This document shows positions 23,550-35,699 of a stretch of 64,000 bases of DNA, one piece after another. This DNA comes from Eukaryota sp. TZLM1-RC (taxonomy: Eukaryota > Protista > Metamonada: BaSk clade), in contig JAUPSS010000008.1 of the NCBI GenBank assembly GCA_040285825.1, positions 1,286,996-1,350,995 on the forward strand, given 5' to 3'. Both the position numbers and the translations under genes were made by a program. A model generated the notes under the pieces. It worked only from the letters and a program-made list of their open reading frames with translations, ran no database searches and had not been told where the DNA came from. How positions within the stretch are numbered: position 1 is the stretch's first letter; each line of letters opens with the position of its first letter.

Positions 23550-23677
23550 TGTTGGGGTTGAGTGTGGTTCAGTCTAGTATAGACTTCACTAGTGATGGCC
23601 TTTATAAAGGCCAGTGAATTTTAATAAAGATTCTTATCTCTATTCTGTTACTGTATATGTCTAATCTTTCAGCATCA
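23550..23677 (+). repeat. 5' LTR of Gypsy C
   Basis: TGTTG...CAGCATCA, direct repeat of 27296-27416. Confidence 0.85.
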
Positions 23678-26119
23678 TTAATTAATGGCTCAGTCGGCCA
23701 GGACATTAACAGCAATCCTCCTGAAAGGCAGAATATTCCTCCTACACAGAAGAGTAATTTTTCCCTCGGGAAAAGTAGTTCTTCCTTCGAGAAGAGTAAT
23801 CCTCTTACAAGGAGAATTCTTCTTTTGAAAAGAGTAATCCTCCTCAGGAGAGTAAATTTTTCGCAGAGAAGAGTCTTGCCTTTCAGAAAAAAAGTCACCT
23901 CCCCAATAAGGAGAGTGGTAAAAACAATGATGATGTTACAGAGCTCTACACTTATTCGAACAACTACTTTGAGCCCCTTCCTTGTAGGAAAAGTTTTTTC
24001 ACTCTAAGCGAGCAACGGAAATACAAAACGTTAGCAAACACGAACAATTCTAACGTTTGTACAGAAGGTGAAAAAGGTGAAGGCGAGCAACAGTCCAAGA
24101 CTAGTCCTTTACATAAAACTCCATCCTCGCCCCCTTCTGATACCATCTCAAGTGAGGTACCTCAAAATGAATCCAAAGGAACCGAAAAGTTGGACAACAG
24201 CAGGAAAGGGGACGAGAATGATGATGAACCTCCTCATACACCAAACCCTTACAACCCAACTCCAAGTTTTTCTCCTACGGAAAGGACCTCTCAAAGGTTT
24301 TATTGTAGGGAACTGGCAATGGCAGTTGAGGCTGTAACTAGGGATATCCAATTAAACCTCATCGCCAATCCTTCCGATGATGTAATGGATTGGAGTGACG
24401 ATAAGTTACTACAAATGGCTGAGAATGAGGCAAAACGTTTTTCGGGAGACGTGGATCCAGCCGAAAGTTAGAAGGCCCCTTGTTTTGTCTTTTACGAAAG
24501 TTACAATCAAAGTCCTAATTTTTTAAAGAAATTGGATGATCTAACTGATTCAGCAAACTCGTGTATGATGAATGCAGTTGCGGATTACTATTTCAGCGCT
24601 CCTCGTTCAAAGTATCAAACTGCTACTCCCAGGCATGCCAAATGGCATAGGGATGCGATTGATGACCACAAAATATATTTCAGTGGAAATCAAGAAGCTT
24701 ACGACAGACTATTTTGGATAGCTAAGATGTACCCTCATAATCAACAAGGTAGAAACCTTAGAGGCGTCGTAAGGCATTTCCTAGTGGAGAATGTACACCC
24801 AAAAGATTCCATTGCGGACATTTTTTATTATGCTTGGGGGCAGATTCGATGAATCTCGAGGTGACACCCTTCAATTTCATACCAAAGAGTCCTATATTAG
24901 AGAAATAGGCACAAGGGTAATTGAATTGAAAGAGCAACGTGTTGGCCCCAACAAGTTAAAACTAGTATACCCTGATGCATGGATGGCTAAACTTAAGGCA
25001 TGGGTTGATAGCTGGCCCGACCAAAATGTTTTTGAGAATGTCTTAATAAAGAGCAGTTGCCTTCCATATGGACGTAAACTAGCAGGGGTCCCTAGCGGAT
25101 CTAAAGATGCACCAGATTGGGTGGATTTAAGGCCACCAGCCCAGACCGTACCTGTGCAGGAAGAACCTCCTAAGACAAGATTTATCATTAAGTTGGGCGA
25201 AACATTGCCTTCAGAAGAGAGGAATATGAACCTATTTAGTACACCTTCTGTAGGGCCTCTGGCATCTAGGAGAGCTTCTTGTGAAGCAACTCCTACACAA
25301 GCATCTGTTATAAAATCATCTATACCCACGCAACCCCTAGGAACGAATGCTCCTAGAGATTCTCTCGTCGACACCCTCGGTCTTTATAGAACTCCTGTAA
25401 CAGACGAGGAGAAATTGAGGAAAAGAATAGACGACAAACTGAGATGCCTAGTTAAGTTAAATGAAGCGTTTGACACAAAGAAGATTTTCGACTTCGTACT
25501 TAACTTTGGCAATTGGGCAAAAACGGTTAGGGATCGCGATGGACCCACCAGAGCATTGACAACGATCACCTAATATGGTCAATCTGTTCATCAGTACCAC
25601 TTCGTCAGATCAATGTTTTTTGAAGTGTACCCCTCATTTTTGAGATTTATGATCGAGGGTAAAGTTATCGCAGAATGGCAGAGTTGTTATGGAGGCCGAA
25701 CAAATGTGTTAGTCAACAACCCATCTGATGCTGATATCTGGGAATATTTGCTTATTAGCACCCAGTACAAATACCCAACCGATGTTGAAAAAGCCTTGAG
25801 GTCTGTAAGACCACCCGAAATCAGTCGTAGAATAAACGCTGAATCTTCGTGGACGGTTTTCATAGAGCAAATTATCTATATAATGAGACGCTCTACAATT
25901 ATGCCCGGAACGGATGGTAATCCGTCAGCTGTTTACCCAGCCAAGAGATTTCTCGAGACCATTAACGATAAAACGAACAACCAATTGATGGATACATATT
26001 TCATTTGAATTGACACGTTTAATTCTAGTAATGAGAAACATGGTGATGCGATTTACGATTTAGGTAACGCATTTGTAAATAAGGTTAATTGCCTAAAATC
26101 CTCAATCAAAGACATTAAA

Positions 26120-26998
26120 TTGATTAGAACAACTTTCGGGATCCAAGCTCCTGCGAAAAAGGAACGAAGCCAGTTGAAAGGTTCTTTTAAGAACCCTAGA
26201 GTGAGTAGTCGACCCAACCCTTCAGAGAAATGGTATAGCTTATGCAAAACCAATAAACACCCTGAAGAGAAATGTTTTAAAATAGTGGGCAGACCGGGTT
26301 CTAAAAAGCGTCAGGGAGGCGAGAAACGTGATAGTAAACGTAGTGGTAGCAATAAATCAGATGAATATTCATCTTCAAATCTTACACATAATTCGACCAA
26401 TACCATTTACAAAATGAGCAAAATTGATTCGAATTATAAACACCTAAACCCATTAAAGAGATTTAGAGAGTCATCCAATTCTGTGGGTTCTATCCACAGT
26501 GTTAGACTGTCCAGGGTAGCATTTAACGGGGAACTCTGGTTATCTTGCACTATAAATAACGTGGAAGTACAGGGTGAAATTGATAAAGGAGCTGCATTTT
26601 CAGCATTATCAATAAACTTAGCCTCTAAATTAAATGTGACGGTTAATGACAATAAAACCGTCGAATACCTATCGGCAAAAGGTTTTCGCTCCACAACCCT
26701 GGGATGTGCAAGTGGTGTTCTTGCTCTCAATGTGAGTAGCTTGGCCATTCAAGTGTTTTTAAGGATCGAATTCCAGATCATTCCTGGTACCAATAATTTG
26801 TTGATCGGAAGAGACTTATTACAAATCTTGGGGCTACGCACGGAGTACGGTTTCATTATTAATTTGGATCGCGATCATCGCACCATTTTAAATGCTGAAT
26901 ATGAGTTTGATAATAGAATTTGTCAACCAATTAGATTCATAGAACAATTGAGTAATAGATCAAACTTAGGTATTGATTTTGAAGCACTCCACATTTAG
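26120..26998 (+). pseudogene. Gag C-terminus and aspartic protease of Gypsy C
   Basis: Degenerate Zn knuckle (YSLCKTNKHPEEKC), EIDKGAAFS, LLIGRDLL. Confidence 0.75.
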
Positions 26999-27295
26999 AT
27001 ATGATTTAGATGAGTTGGGCTGTAGAATATGCCTGGATGACATTAGGGATGAGGAACGCCTAGTCGTGCTACTCGAAAAACACAGAAATGTATTTAGTGG
27101 GTTATCTCACCCGAAAGGAATTGATTGTCAGCCGATGACCATTCCATTTTATGACGAAAGTAAGGTCGTCAAAAGGAAACTTCGAAGATTAAACCCAGAA
27201 AAGCAACGGGTAGCCGAGGAAATTTTTAACGAATTGATCCTTAATGGATTTGATGTGCCTGCAAAACTTCATGATCTAAAAGAGGTAAAAGGTAG

Positions 27296-27416
27296 TGTTG
27301 TACTGTGGACAATTAGTATATACTTCGCTAGTGATGGCCTTTATAAGAACCAGTGAATTTTAATGAAGATTCTTATCTCTATTCTGTTACTGTATAAGTC
27401 TAACCTTACAGCATCA
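27296..27416 (+). repeat. 3' LTR of Gypsy C
   Basis: Follows the PPT; TGTTG...CAGCATCA. Confidence 0.85.
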
Positions 27417-28205
27417 TATGGCAGAAACAAAAGTATTCAATAATACATTGTATAATTTTTACTGATAATGTAAATGAATCTAAATAATCTGACACACTTT
27501 AACTTGTGACCCATAGATTCAAGATATCAATAAGAAACCCCCATGTATTATGTGAAATTGAGAGTATGGAAATGATCCTTAGCTTTGTCCTTTGAAAAAA
27601 TTTCAATATTGGGAATGTTCCGGAGTGTTGATGAAACAAGTTGATGAATTGTTGAGAAACCTACCTGGGCAAGTCAAGCAGTATTTTTGTCATGGTGCCA
27701 CGACTATTTACAGTTTGTGTGTCTGAAATCCTGGGATCCCTATAATAAACTCAATGAAGAATTTGTTGTTTGCACTAGGTGTGTTAAGTATGTTGGAGGA
27801 CACTGTTGGGTTCGCATGCATTATAATCCTTGTATAAACGGAAAACTAGGTAACAGGGTGTTTATTACAAGGAGGGAGAACAAAAAAACAAAAAAAGCAA
27901 AGAGAAACCATGAAACTAGAATCTATTTAAATCACTGATGACGTGGCATCACGTGATAATTACAAAAATAACTAAATATTGCTCTGAGCCGAACAACACG
28001 ATGGAAAATAAAACTAATTATTTACTAAGGTGTTAAAGATGTAATTAGTGTGAACACTAAACGCAGAAAAACCTGAAAAGACAGCTGTGGGGGTTGACGA
28101 AGTGGAGATGAAAAAAGTCGGCAGACATCTTATTTTTTAAGAGGATACCAGTGGATTAGATACTACTTAACTGGTACAAACTAGAAGAAGATTTGACTCT
28201 TTCGG

Positions 28206-28391
28206 CTTTCCTTGAGAATTTCAATGTAGCTGTGAAGGAAAGGACTGGAAGATTTACATTCATTTTCTTCTTTTGGTCGTTTTTCAGAATTTTTAGTAAT
28301 TAACTGTTTTTGATGTAGGAGATGCAGGTTTTGAGGATGTGGAGCTTTTGATGTACATTTGATGATTTATTTACGTTATTTGATAAATAAG
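28206..28391 (-). repeat. Right arm of the inverted repeat (partner 22738-22990)
   Basis: Direct alignment by eye. Confidence 0.8.
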
Positions 28392-28482
28392 TATAAGATT
28401 TCATTGTTTGAAATACATATGTTCAACTAGAATGTCCCGGAAAATATCATTTGATCAATTAAGAATGTTTTGAATAAAGACC

Positions 28483-28780
28483 ATGTTTAAAAACGTAACT
28501 TCCGTCTAGTGCTGCTGGATGACTATAGAACAAGTTGTCGATGTCATGCATGTGTACTCGAGGGAAAAGCAGGTGAAAATGTAAAGAAGCATCGAGTACC
28601 TAACTAAAGACCTTACAGGAGAGCAAAGACTCCAGCGGTCCTTAGACATGGATTAATCATTTGCAAGAAGTGTGGATGTCTATAGAATCGTAATGTCAAT
28701 GATGTTCTTAATATAATTCATGTTGTGGATCAGTAGTTTAAAGGAAATGAAAGGCCTCAAGTTTTGATAAGATCTACATT
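28483..28780 (+). pseudogene. Fanzor1 family F3, C-terminal remnant (not in the ORF track)
   Basis: One frame reads LVLLDDYRTSCRCHAC...PN*RPYR...RHGLIICKKCGCL*NRNVNDVLNI...GNERPQVL, matching Fanzor1 DE-RTS-CxxC...HGLLxC..C..WNRD..N..ERP. Confidence 0.85.
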
Positions 28781-28877
28781 TATTAAATATTATATATTTA
28801 TTAAATGATTCTTTTCATTTTCATAATCTTGTAATCTCAACGGTTACTACTATTTGACATTTGTGTGCTGCTAGCCT

Positions 28878-29843
28878 ATGTCTAATCAACCCCTTGTCAA
28901 CATCGACTCCTCACCTAATACCAATGATGACCTAGAGGTCATGGAAGCTCCATCTATCGGCTCGTATATCATCATGTACTTCTTTTCTATTCTTCTTTTC
29001 CCCCTGACTCTACTTGGTAGTTGGCTTGTAGTAGAACCAAATGAAGAGCGTGTCATTCTTCTTTTCGGCAAGTACAGAACAACTATCGGTCCTGGTGTTC
29101 ATTTCATCAGCATGTTTGGACGTTCTGCAATCCCTGTTTCAAAGAGAATATATTCCATTCGGCACCATCATGTCAACGTTGCGGTATGTACGTCAACATA
29201 TCACTAACCCCAGGACGTAACTGGATCCATGCTTGAGGTTAGCGCCGTCCTCACTTACCAAATCAAGGACACTGTCACTGCCCTCTTGAAGATTGATGAT
29301 GTTCATACATATATTAGCAACACGAGTCTTGGACGGTTGAAGTCGGTCATTTCGAGGTATCCGTACGAGTCTTCGAACCCAGACGACCCCAGCCTTCGTG
29401 ATGATTGCTCTCGCATTTCTGATGAAATGAGACACAAACTCAAAGAACGAGCTTCTCTTGCAGGGGTTCGAGTATTAAGCTTTGAACTAGTTGATCTTCA
29501 ATATGATGCTTCAATTGCAAAATCAATGCTTGTTAAGCAAACTTCTGGAGCTTTACTGGGAGCTAGATCTCTAATTGTTCATGGTGCTTGTTCAATTGTT
29601 TCAAATACTGTTGCTGCCCTCAAAGCTAATGGTATTAACCTCAACGACAAAGAGCGCTCGAAGGTTGTATCTAATCTTTTATCTGTAATCTGTTCTGATT
29701 CCCAAGGCCAAGGTCAATCTGAAGGTCAACGTCAAGAGCGCCCTGATTACTCTGAAATTCTGTTCAAGATTGATGAAGCAACTCAGGTTTTAAGTAAGCT
29801 TCCACAGTCTATTGTAGCTGCACAGCGTGGTGCACGCTATTAG
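28878..29843 (+). CDS. SPFH/band-7 domain membrane protein; exons 28878-29183 and 29214-29843
   Basis: TM helix, VVEPNEERVILLFGKY...GPG, LQYDASIAKSML, MVSNL-like VVSNLLSVIC; the 30-nt intron GTATGT...ACTAACCCCAG joins the two ORFs in frame. Confidence 0.88.
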
Positions 29844-30307
29844 GTTAATCAGGATTGGTTGTACTTGACTTTAAATAAATGCTTTGTAAATCTTTTATTC
29901 TTTCTGGATTTTGATTTTCAGTACTTTTCATGAAGCAATTGAGCTTGAAAAATACAAAATCAGGAGTCATTCTTAACGGAAATAGAAAAACTGATTTTGA
30001 TATGGCTGTCGTTGCGTGTTTTTGTGATCAAAATACTTTGTGGTGCTCTCAAATTCAATTTGTTATCATCACTATATCACCACCATTCTGTAATCAAGCC
30101 AAAGTACCCATTGCCAGAAAAAGTAGATTCGAATTACGCAGATGGCAATGATTAAACGAACTTTAATGTGATTTCACTGTTTTAAGTGTTTAAGTTGAGT
30201 TAAATTAAAACAAACAACATTCTTCACAGTAAACTACTGCCAAACATCAAAAACGCTGACTTATTTACATTAAAATTTTATTAAATAAAAGTAAAACTGT
30301 TTAAAAC

Positions 30308-33300
30308 TCAAACATTATTCAACATGTGAAGCTTGTTCGGCATCATTTCAATGGCAGAAACTTCTTTGCGTACAGGAGGTCTAACTTGTAGTACAAACAA
30401 CGACACTGGAATAGAAAAGAATAGAATGAAATAAAAGAACAGTGGAATTACTGTTGTGTGAGCAAAGATTATTACACTGACAATGATCATTAATGTAGAT
30501 AATCTAAAAGCAAAATCATTGAATTGATCAACAAGATAGGGCCTGATGATCATACACAGGAAACAAAGAAAAGAGAGATACAGCACAATCATGAGGAATG
30601 CAGACTCTGCAAACGTTGAAAGAGCAACATTCAAAACTGTACGAGAAAGAGTGACTAGAATTTCAAAAACACCTGCCTCATCATGAACTCCATTTTGCTT
30701 CAATTTTTCGTGTTTTGCAGCTACTTTGCAGTAAAAGACTGATACCGTTACACCAATTAGTGACATGTAGATCGAATAAGACAATGTATGGGGAGGAAGA
30801 GTCTCCCTTGGATCGAGATAGTGACGATTGTCCACTACGAGGAAACTAACAATGGAAGATCCCAATAGTGTGGGTAAGAATAAAACAAGCAATAAATCAA
30901 ACAAATTGGTCATTTTTTTAGCAAACTGTCTTTTCTTTTCTGCGGGCTTACATGTTAAGGAGTGAATTATAAGTAGAAAAACAGGAAGTAACATGGTTGC
31001 TACACCCAGCAATTGTCTGTAAAACAAAACGTCTACAATGTGAAAATCATTGATGTTCAAAATTTGGAAATGGCGAAGGTAACAAAACAGAATTAATCTG
31101 GGGATCAGTAAATACACAGGTTCTTGTTTTTGGTTATCAGCCGATGCTGTCCCAGTGAATAGAATGGCCTGCCATGCGCCAAAAATGGGCAATAGAAAGA
31201 GGAAAAAGCGCAAAATAAAGCTATAATTTGCATCATCCTTGTCCAAAAAAGTTGAATTTTTAAGAGAGAACATATTTTTCAACTTCTGATGAGGCTTGGA
31301 TATAATCACCACTAGACCCAAGGGAACTGAAAAAAGCACAGTAAACAACATCACTCTATTGAGGTTGGACAAGGAAGAACAAACAAGACACTGGCTGGAA
31401 ACATAATCTCGTATTACTGGCAATCTTAACCATTCAGAAATGTGAGGCGTCGATTCTCTATGCAAATCACCAATAAAATAGTGATCAGCAATCCAGTGTT
31501 CCTCACATGACGAACACATGAAACCTGAATGAAGAGGTAAACATCCTGTAGACAACGTTGAAGAGGAATTAAATACACTGCCCTTCAACATTGATGGATG
31601 AAATTCAGACAAGGAAACAGCACTGTAACCTGATGGTACAAGACCACCTATACACGGTGTCGAAACATGACATTTCAGTAATTTTGTTCTGTCTGACTCC
31701 TCAAAAACAAAATGGTGGATGGGAACATTGTAGATCGAGCCAGTATGTGTGAAATCTTGAAGTGTTCCTACCTGTGCACATTGATTGGTCGAAGTCTTGC
31801 CCAACTGTAGCTCTCCATAATTACAAGGAGAGCAGCTATTTAGACCAAAGTGATAACCAAATCCGGAATCACAAAAAGGCATTCTATAAGTCAATGCGAA
31901 ATGCTTTCCGATAGAATAAAAGACAAACTCAAATAATGAACCAAACTCAAAGGAAATATCACGTAATTCAATGTTCAAGGGTGTCATAAACAATTGATTT
32001 TCTTCAGTTTTGTAATCGCTATCTTCCAAGTGCCCTATGATCAAAAAATCGCCCGACTTTACAAAGAATGGCACGTTTGAGTGGTCACCAATTCCAGGAT
32101 CATCAGAGACTACATGACAAAAAAGGGAAGGTTTAGTTGAAGCTCTATAAAGGTGCCATGAATCACATTGTACAGAAGGATTGTTGAGTGGTATGAAATT
32201 ATTTAAAACATTGATTGTCGATATTTTAGAGATAGTGTCTTCAATCAATAAGATATCGAATGCTGAAAATACTGACGACAAAAATTCCTGAGTACTGGAA
32301 ATAGCTCCTGTGGAATTGACATCTGTCACCATGAGAGAATTCAAACTGCATATCAGAGAAGCACTATTCATTAGAACGTTGAAATTTGTATCAATAAAGA
32401 AAATTTCACTGTCAAATGCTGTCAGCAATGACCCAAATTGAGAAATCGAATTCAAAACCAAATTATCAGAAACAACCAAAGAAATGTAAAGAGATGATAG
32501 TAACCCTAGGTAATTCGAACTACTATCTACAAACAGGTTGGATGCATCCATAGAAATCGAATGATGGGCAAAAGCAAGACCAGAAAGTGAGCATGTTGAG
32601 TTGATGATGTCGACTAAATCAAGTGTGAAATGAATAATGGATTGTGCTTCAACAAGAGCAGTGTTGGAACGAATATTATCGAACTTGCCTTTGCTTAAAT
32701 TGATAGAGGTATTGCTGAGAGGGAAATCAAACAATGTAGAATATGATGAATCAGAAACACACAAATCAGAAACATCCAAATCAATGGTAGAATGAGGAGA
32801 ATGGATTGAAATAAAAGATTCAAACCAAGAATCTTCAATAATGAGATGATTGGAAGTTAATTCAACATGTCCATTATCAATTTTGAAAAATTTACCAAAG
32901 CTGCAATTAAAAAGTAATAAATTATCTACAACAAGATTAGCACCCCAAGTCAAAGTCACCGCAGAATTACCCACAAGGTTTGAGATTATTGAATCAGAAA
33001 TTCCAAACCTAAAAATATTGGTAGCAATCTGGTTTACATTTTCAAAAGTACAATTAGAAATTACCAATCCATGATTACTAACGACAGCTTCCAAGAATTT
33101 CACAGATTCAAAAACAACTGATGAAGATATATTAACAAAATGGGAGTCTTCAACATAGATTAAAGCAGGGGCCCCAAAGCGAACAAGAGGGAAAACCACT
33201 GAATTGGCTAATTTGATGTTCAAAAATTTAATATAGAAGCTAGGATGATCAGGAATTGCAGGCCTTAATACAAACAGAGGAAAAACTCCCGATTCAATAT

Positions 33301-34510
33301 CAAAATCAGCAATAATACCTGAAAGTGTTGACAGTGAGATTTCACCCATAACACCAACATTTCGATAAGACCATCCCACTAAGTCAGCAGTGTCAGATTC
33401 AATCACTACTTCAATAGATGACGGTGAATCCAATGTGTAGAGACGGAGACGATGTCCACTGAAAATGACCTTTGCAGTATCGGGTGTCACAATTGAATCT
33501 CTCAAGAAAACATCAGCGCCTCTCAAAAGGGTTGAAGTTCCCAAATGACAATCGAATAATCTGATGGAGTGAAAATCTGTCAGAGAGAGAACTTGGAAGT
33601 CAGTAAAAAGGAAATACCCATCACAAAACCCACGCCTAGAAAATAGTTCATTGACCGTGGAGTACAAAAGTGATAGATGAAACGGGGCTAGGACTGATAA
33701 ATGATGGACATGGCAGTTGATCAAATTCAAACTGAATTGAGTTGTTGTTGAGACTTCTGATTCTTGATACAGAGAGAGTGATTCAGTAATTCTAACATTG
33801 GTTAGTGTAAAAACTTTAGAATTAGGTTCAATAGGAGGCAGTAAAGGAGAACAAACCGCATTTTCCCACTGCCCAGGAGTCCTTTGGACATATACTCTAT
33901 TGATTGTTCCCTGAAGTTGCATTCTAAAGTCTGGTTGAGCAATACTGACACGATTGGCATTGATGGCAATTAAATGATATGTACGAGCAAAATGAACCGT
34001 GCTGTCGGCAATTGCTTCCAATACACATGTCCCGGAAACCGCACCAGGGAAGGCGACTGACCAAAGTTCAGAATTAATCAATCCAATGTAGTTGTTGTTA
34101 TCAGAAAAGGAGATGAAGGAGTCTAGACCAATAATTGCTGCAGAATTGATGTGAGCGACTCGCATGTTATTGAATTCGGTAAAAAGTAATTGCTTATTGC
34201 ATGTCTGTTCCAAAGGCAGGAATGTTAAATTGGTTGGAACGTTGTCAAGGAATCCTACAAAAAAGAGTCTGTAACTATGAAAATCGATGTCACACTCCAT
34301 TTCGAAAGGTCCTTCTGATAGAAAGACGAAAAAGATGTCATGATGAAGGGGAGGTCGGGTAAGATCATAAACATCGGAGGTACGCTTGTAAGGATTGTTG
34401 AAAGAGCCATCGCTGTCACCCACGTAAAACTGATCGAAGAAGTATACAGTATTAGCAAAGCATACTGTGAATAATAATAGTGCCACCACTAAATATAAGT
34501 GGTCTCGCAT
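30308..34510 (-). CDS. Large surface membrane protein (signal peptide, beta-helix-like ectodomain, Cys-rich stalk, ~7 C-terminal TM helices)
   Basis: 1400-aa ORF; hydrophobic N-terminus; CDSGFG...CSPC and CLPLHSGFMCSSC; multiple TM segments. Confidence 0.8.
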   Translation of the reverse strand: MRDHLYLVVALLLFTVCFANTVYFFDQFYVGDSDGSFNNPYKRTSDVYDLTRPPLHHDIFFVFLSEGPFEMECDIDFHSYRLFFVGFLDNVPTNLTFLPLEQTCNKQLLFTEFNNMRVAHINSAAIIGLDSFISFSDNNNYIGLINSELWSVAFPGAVSGTCVLEAIADSTVHFARTYHLIAINANRVSIAQPDFRMQLQGTINRVYVQRTPGQWENAVCSPLLPPIEPNSKVFTLTNVRITESLSLYQESEVSTTTQFSLNLINCHVHHLSVLAPFHLSLLYSTVNELFSRRGFCDGYFLFTDFQVLSLTDFHSIRLFDCHLGTSTLLRGADVFLRDSIVTPDTAKVIFSGHRLRLYTLDSPSSIEVVIESDTADLVGWSYRNVGVMGEISLSTLSGIIADFDIESGVFPLFVLRPAIPDHPSFYIKFLNIKLANSVVFPLVRFGAPALIYVEDSHFVNISSSVVFESVKFLEAVVSNHGLVISNCTFENVNQIATNIFRFGISDSIISNLVGNSAVTLTWGANLVVDNLLLFNCSFGKFFKIDNGHVELTSNHLIIEDSWFESFISIHSPHSTIDLDVSDLCVSDSSYSTLFDFPLSNTSINLSKGKFDNIRSNTALVEAQSIIHFTLDLVDIINSTCSLSGLAFAHHSISMDASNLFVDSSSNYLGLLSSLYISLVVSDNLVLNSISQFGSLLTAFDSEIFFIDTNFNVLMNSASLICSLNSLMVTDVNSTGAISSTQEFLSSVFSAFDILLIEDTISKISTINVLNNFIPLNNPSVQCDSWHLYRASTKPSLFCHVVSDDPGIGDHSNVPFFVKSGDFLIIGHLEDSDYKTEENQLFMTPLNIELRDISFEFGSLFEFVFYSIGKHFALTYRMPFCDSGFGYHFGLNSCSPCNYGELQLGKTSTNQCAQVGTLQDFTHTGSIYNVPIHHFVFEESDRTKLLKCHVSTPCIGGLVPSGYSAVSLSEFHPSMLKGSVFNSSSTLSTGCLPLHSGFMCSSCEEHWIADHYFIGDLHRESTPHISEWLRLPVIRDYVSSQCLVCSSLSNLNRVMLFTVLFSVPLGLVVIISKPHQKLKNMFSLKNSTFLDKDDANYSFILRFFLFLLPIFGAWQAILFTGTASADNQKQEPVYLLIPRLILFCYLRHFQILNINDFHIVDVLFYRQLLGVATMLLPVFLLIIHSLTCKPAEKKRQFAKKMTNLFDLLLVLFLPTLLGSSIVSFLVVDNRHYLDPRETLPPHTLSYSIYMSLIGVTVSVFYCKVAAKHEKLKQNGVHDEAGVFEILVTLSRTVLNVALSTFAESAFLMIVLYLSFLCFLCMIIRPYLVDQFNDFAFRLSTLMIIVSVIIFAHTTVIPLFFYFILFFSIPVSLFVLQVRPPVRKEVSAIEMMPNKLHMLNNV

Positions 34511-35344
34511 GTTCGGACAACGTCGAGATATGATTACTTGATATCAAATCTACCATTTATTTTTTTTTGGAATCAATCAATTGTGATTACTAGGAATCAA
34601 ATCTAATAATCCTTTCCTTTAGTTAAAACAAAAACACTGGATAGACATTCTTCTCAAACAACGGTGGGACTCGGATATGGAGTCCTTGTGATGAATATGG
34701 TATTTTCCAGGTATTAATGATAATTATGCTGCACTTTGTTGTACCTTCTCGATCAGCTACAAAAGCTTCCGGAAACATACTGTTGTCTTTAAATATGTAT
34801 TGGATTGTTTGATTTTAATTTTTGTTATTTTTAAGTTTATAAAAACTAAAAAAAGAAAACGCAATTACTTGACAAATTATCAGTGATAAAGTGAAAACTG
34901 ATAATAAGAAACAAGCAACAATACGCCCAATATAAAGACTCTGAAATTTTGGTAGAAACACATCTTCATAATGTCCAAGTTATAATAACCTAGCAAATGT
35001 ATTTCCTGATGTTGAGAATCCTAGAGAATGGATGAGAGAAAAGTATCCTACTGTGAAATACTATACTTTGATAAGATGTAGATCTGATGTTTGTAGAGAA
35101 GGGTGTGATGGAAAGGACAGCATGTGCATACAACGTAGGGTGTATCAACTTCATGACGATGGTGATAGTCATCCTTATTTCTCTTAATTATAGACTTTTA
35201 CTACAGTGAATCTGTGACGTTTTTGAAATTTTTCCATACCAATGAGCGCAGAATAACAATTTCCTAACTGAAAACTAAGGATTATGAAAAATCATTTATA
35301 AAATTAACCTAAAAAATGACGTGTCCCTCAGTGAGCACAACACA

Positions 35345-35690
35345 ACTGGTATCAAAGCGACAACGAAGAAATAACAAAAAGTTGCCAAATATACAAAAAT
35401 TGAAGAGTGGATTATGGACAACAAGATTTTGACAAACTAGCAATTAGAAATGCACATGGTCAAAGAAGTTAAGCCATGTCTCATTAGTTTTTAGAATAAT
35501 TCAAGTCAAATAGAAGAACACTCATCAATATCATCCTATTGTCACGTGCTTTGACTTTGAAACACTTCAACATGATCATTTTCAAAGAAATTGTGAAAAA
35601 CCAATTCCCAGACCTGACCAAGGTTATTGATTAAATAAAAAATAACGGTGAAAATGATTTGGCATGAAGAACCGTTGAACAGCTGTACTT
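35345..35690 (+). pseudogene. F1 element copy 4: diverged fragment (basic linker plus exonuclease ExoI)
   Basis: KILTN*QLEMHMVKEVKP resembles KILTKKPLNPRMVRKIEP; CFDFET at 35547-35564. Confidence 0.6.
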
Positions 35691-35699
35691 TCGAGCAAG

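Larger units (their letters stand above)
23550..27416 (+). mobile_element. Internally deleted Ty3/Gypsy element C (LTR - decayed gag - protease - RT start - PPT - LTR)
   Basis: LTRs at 23550-23677 and 27296-27416; protease EIDKGAAFS; NAEYEFDNRI and KGIDCQPMTIPFY homologous to A; pol jumps straight to the PPT AAAAGAGGTAAAAGGTAG; no clean TSD. Confidence 0.88.

Noticed and set aside
23686-23697. TGGCTCAGTCGG as a tRNA A-box / tRNA gene
   Set aside because: No B-box or cloverleaf follows; it sits at the PBS position of Gypsy C.
23745-23880. CRISPR-like short repeats (GAGTAAT core; also CGAACTCG at 10100-10410)
   Set aside because: Degenerate, irregularly spaced, inside Gypsy 5' regions, no cas genes, eukaryotic context.
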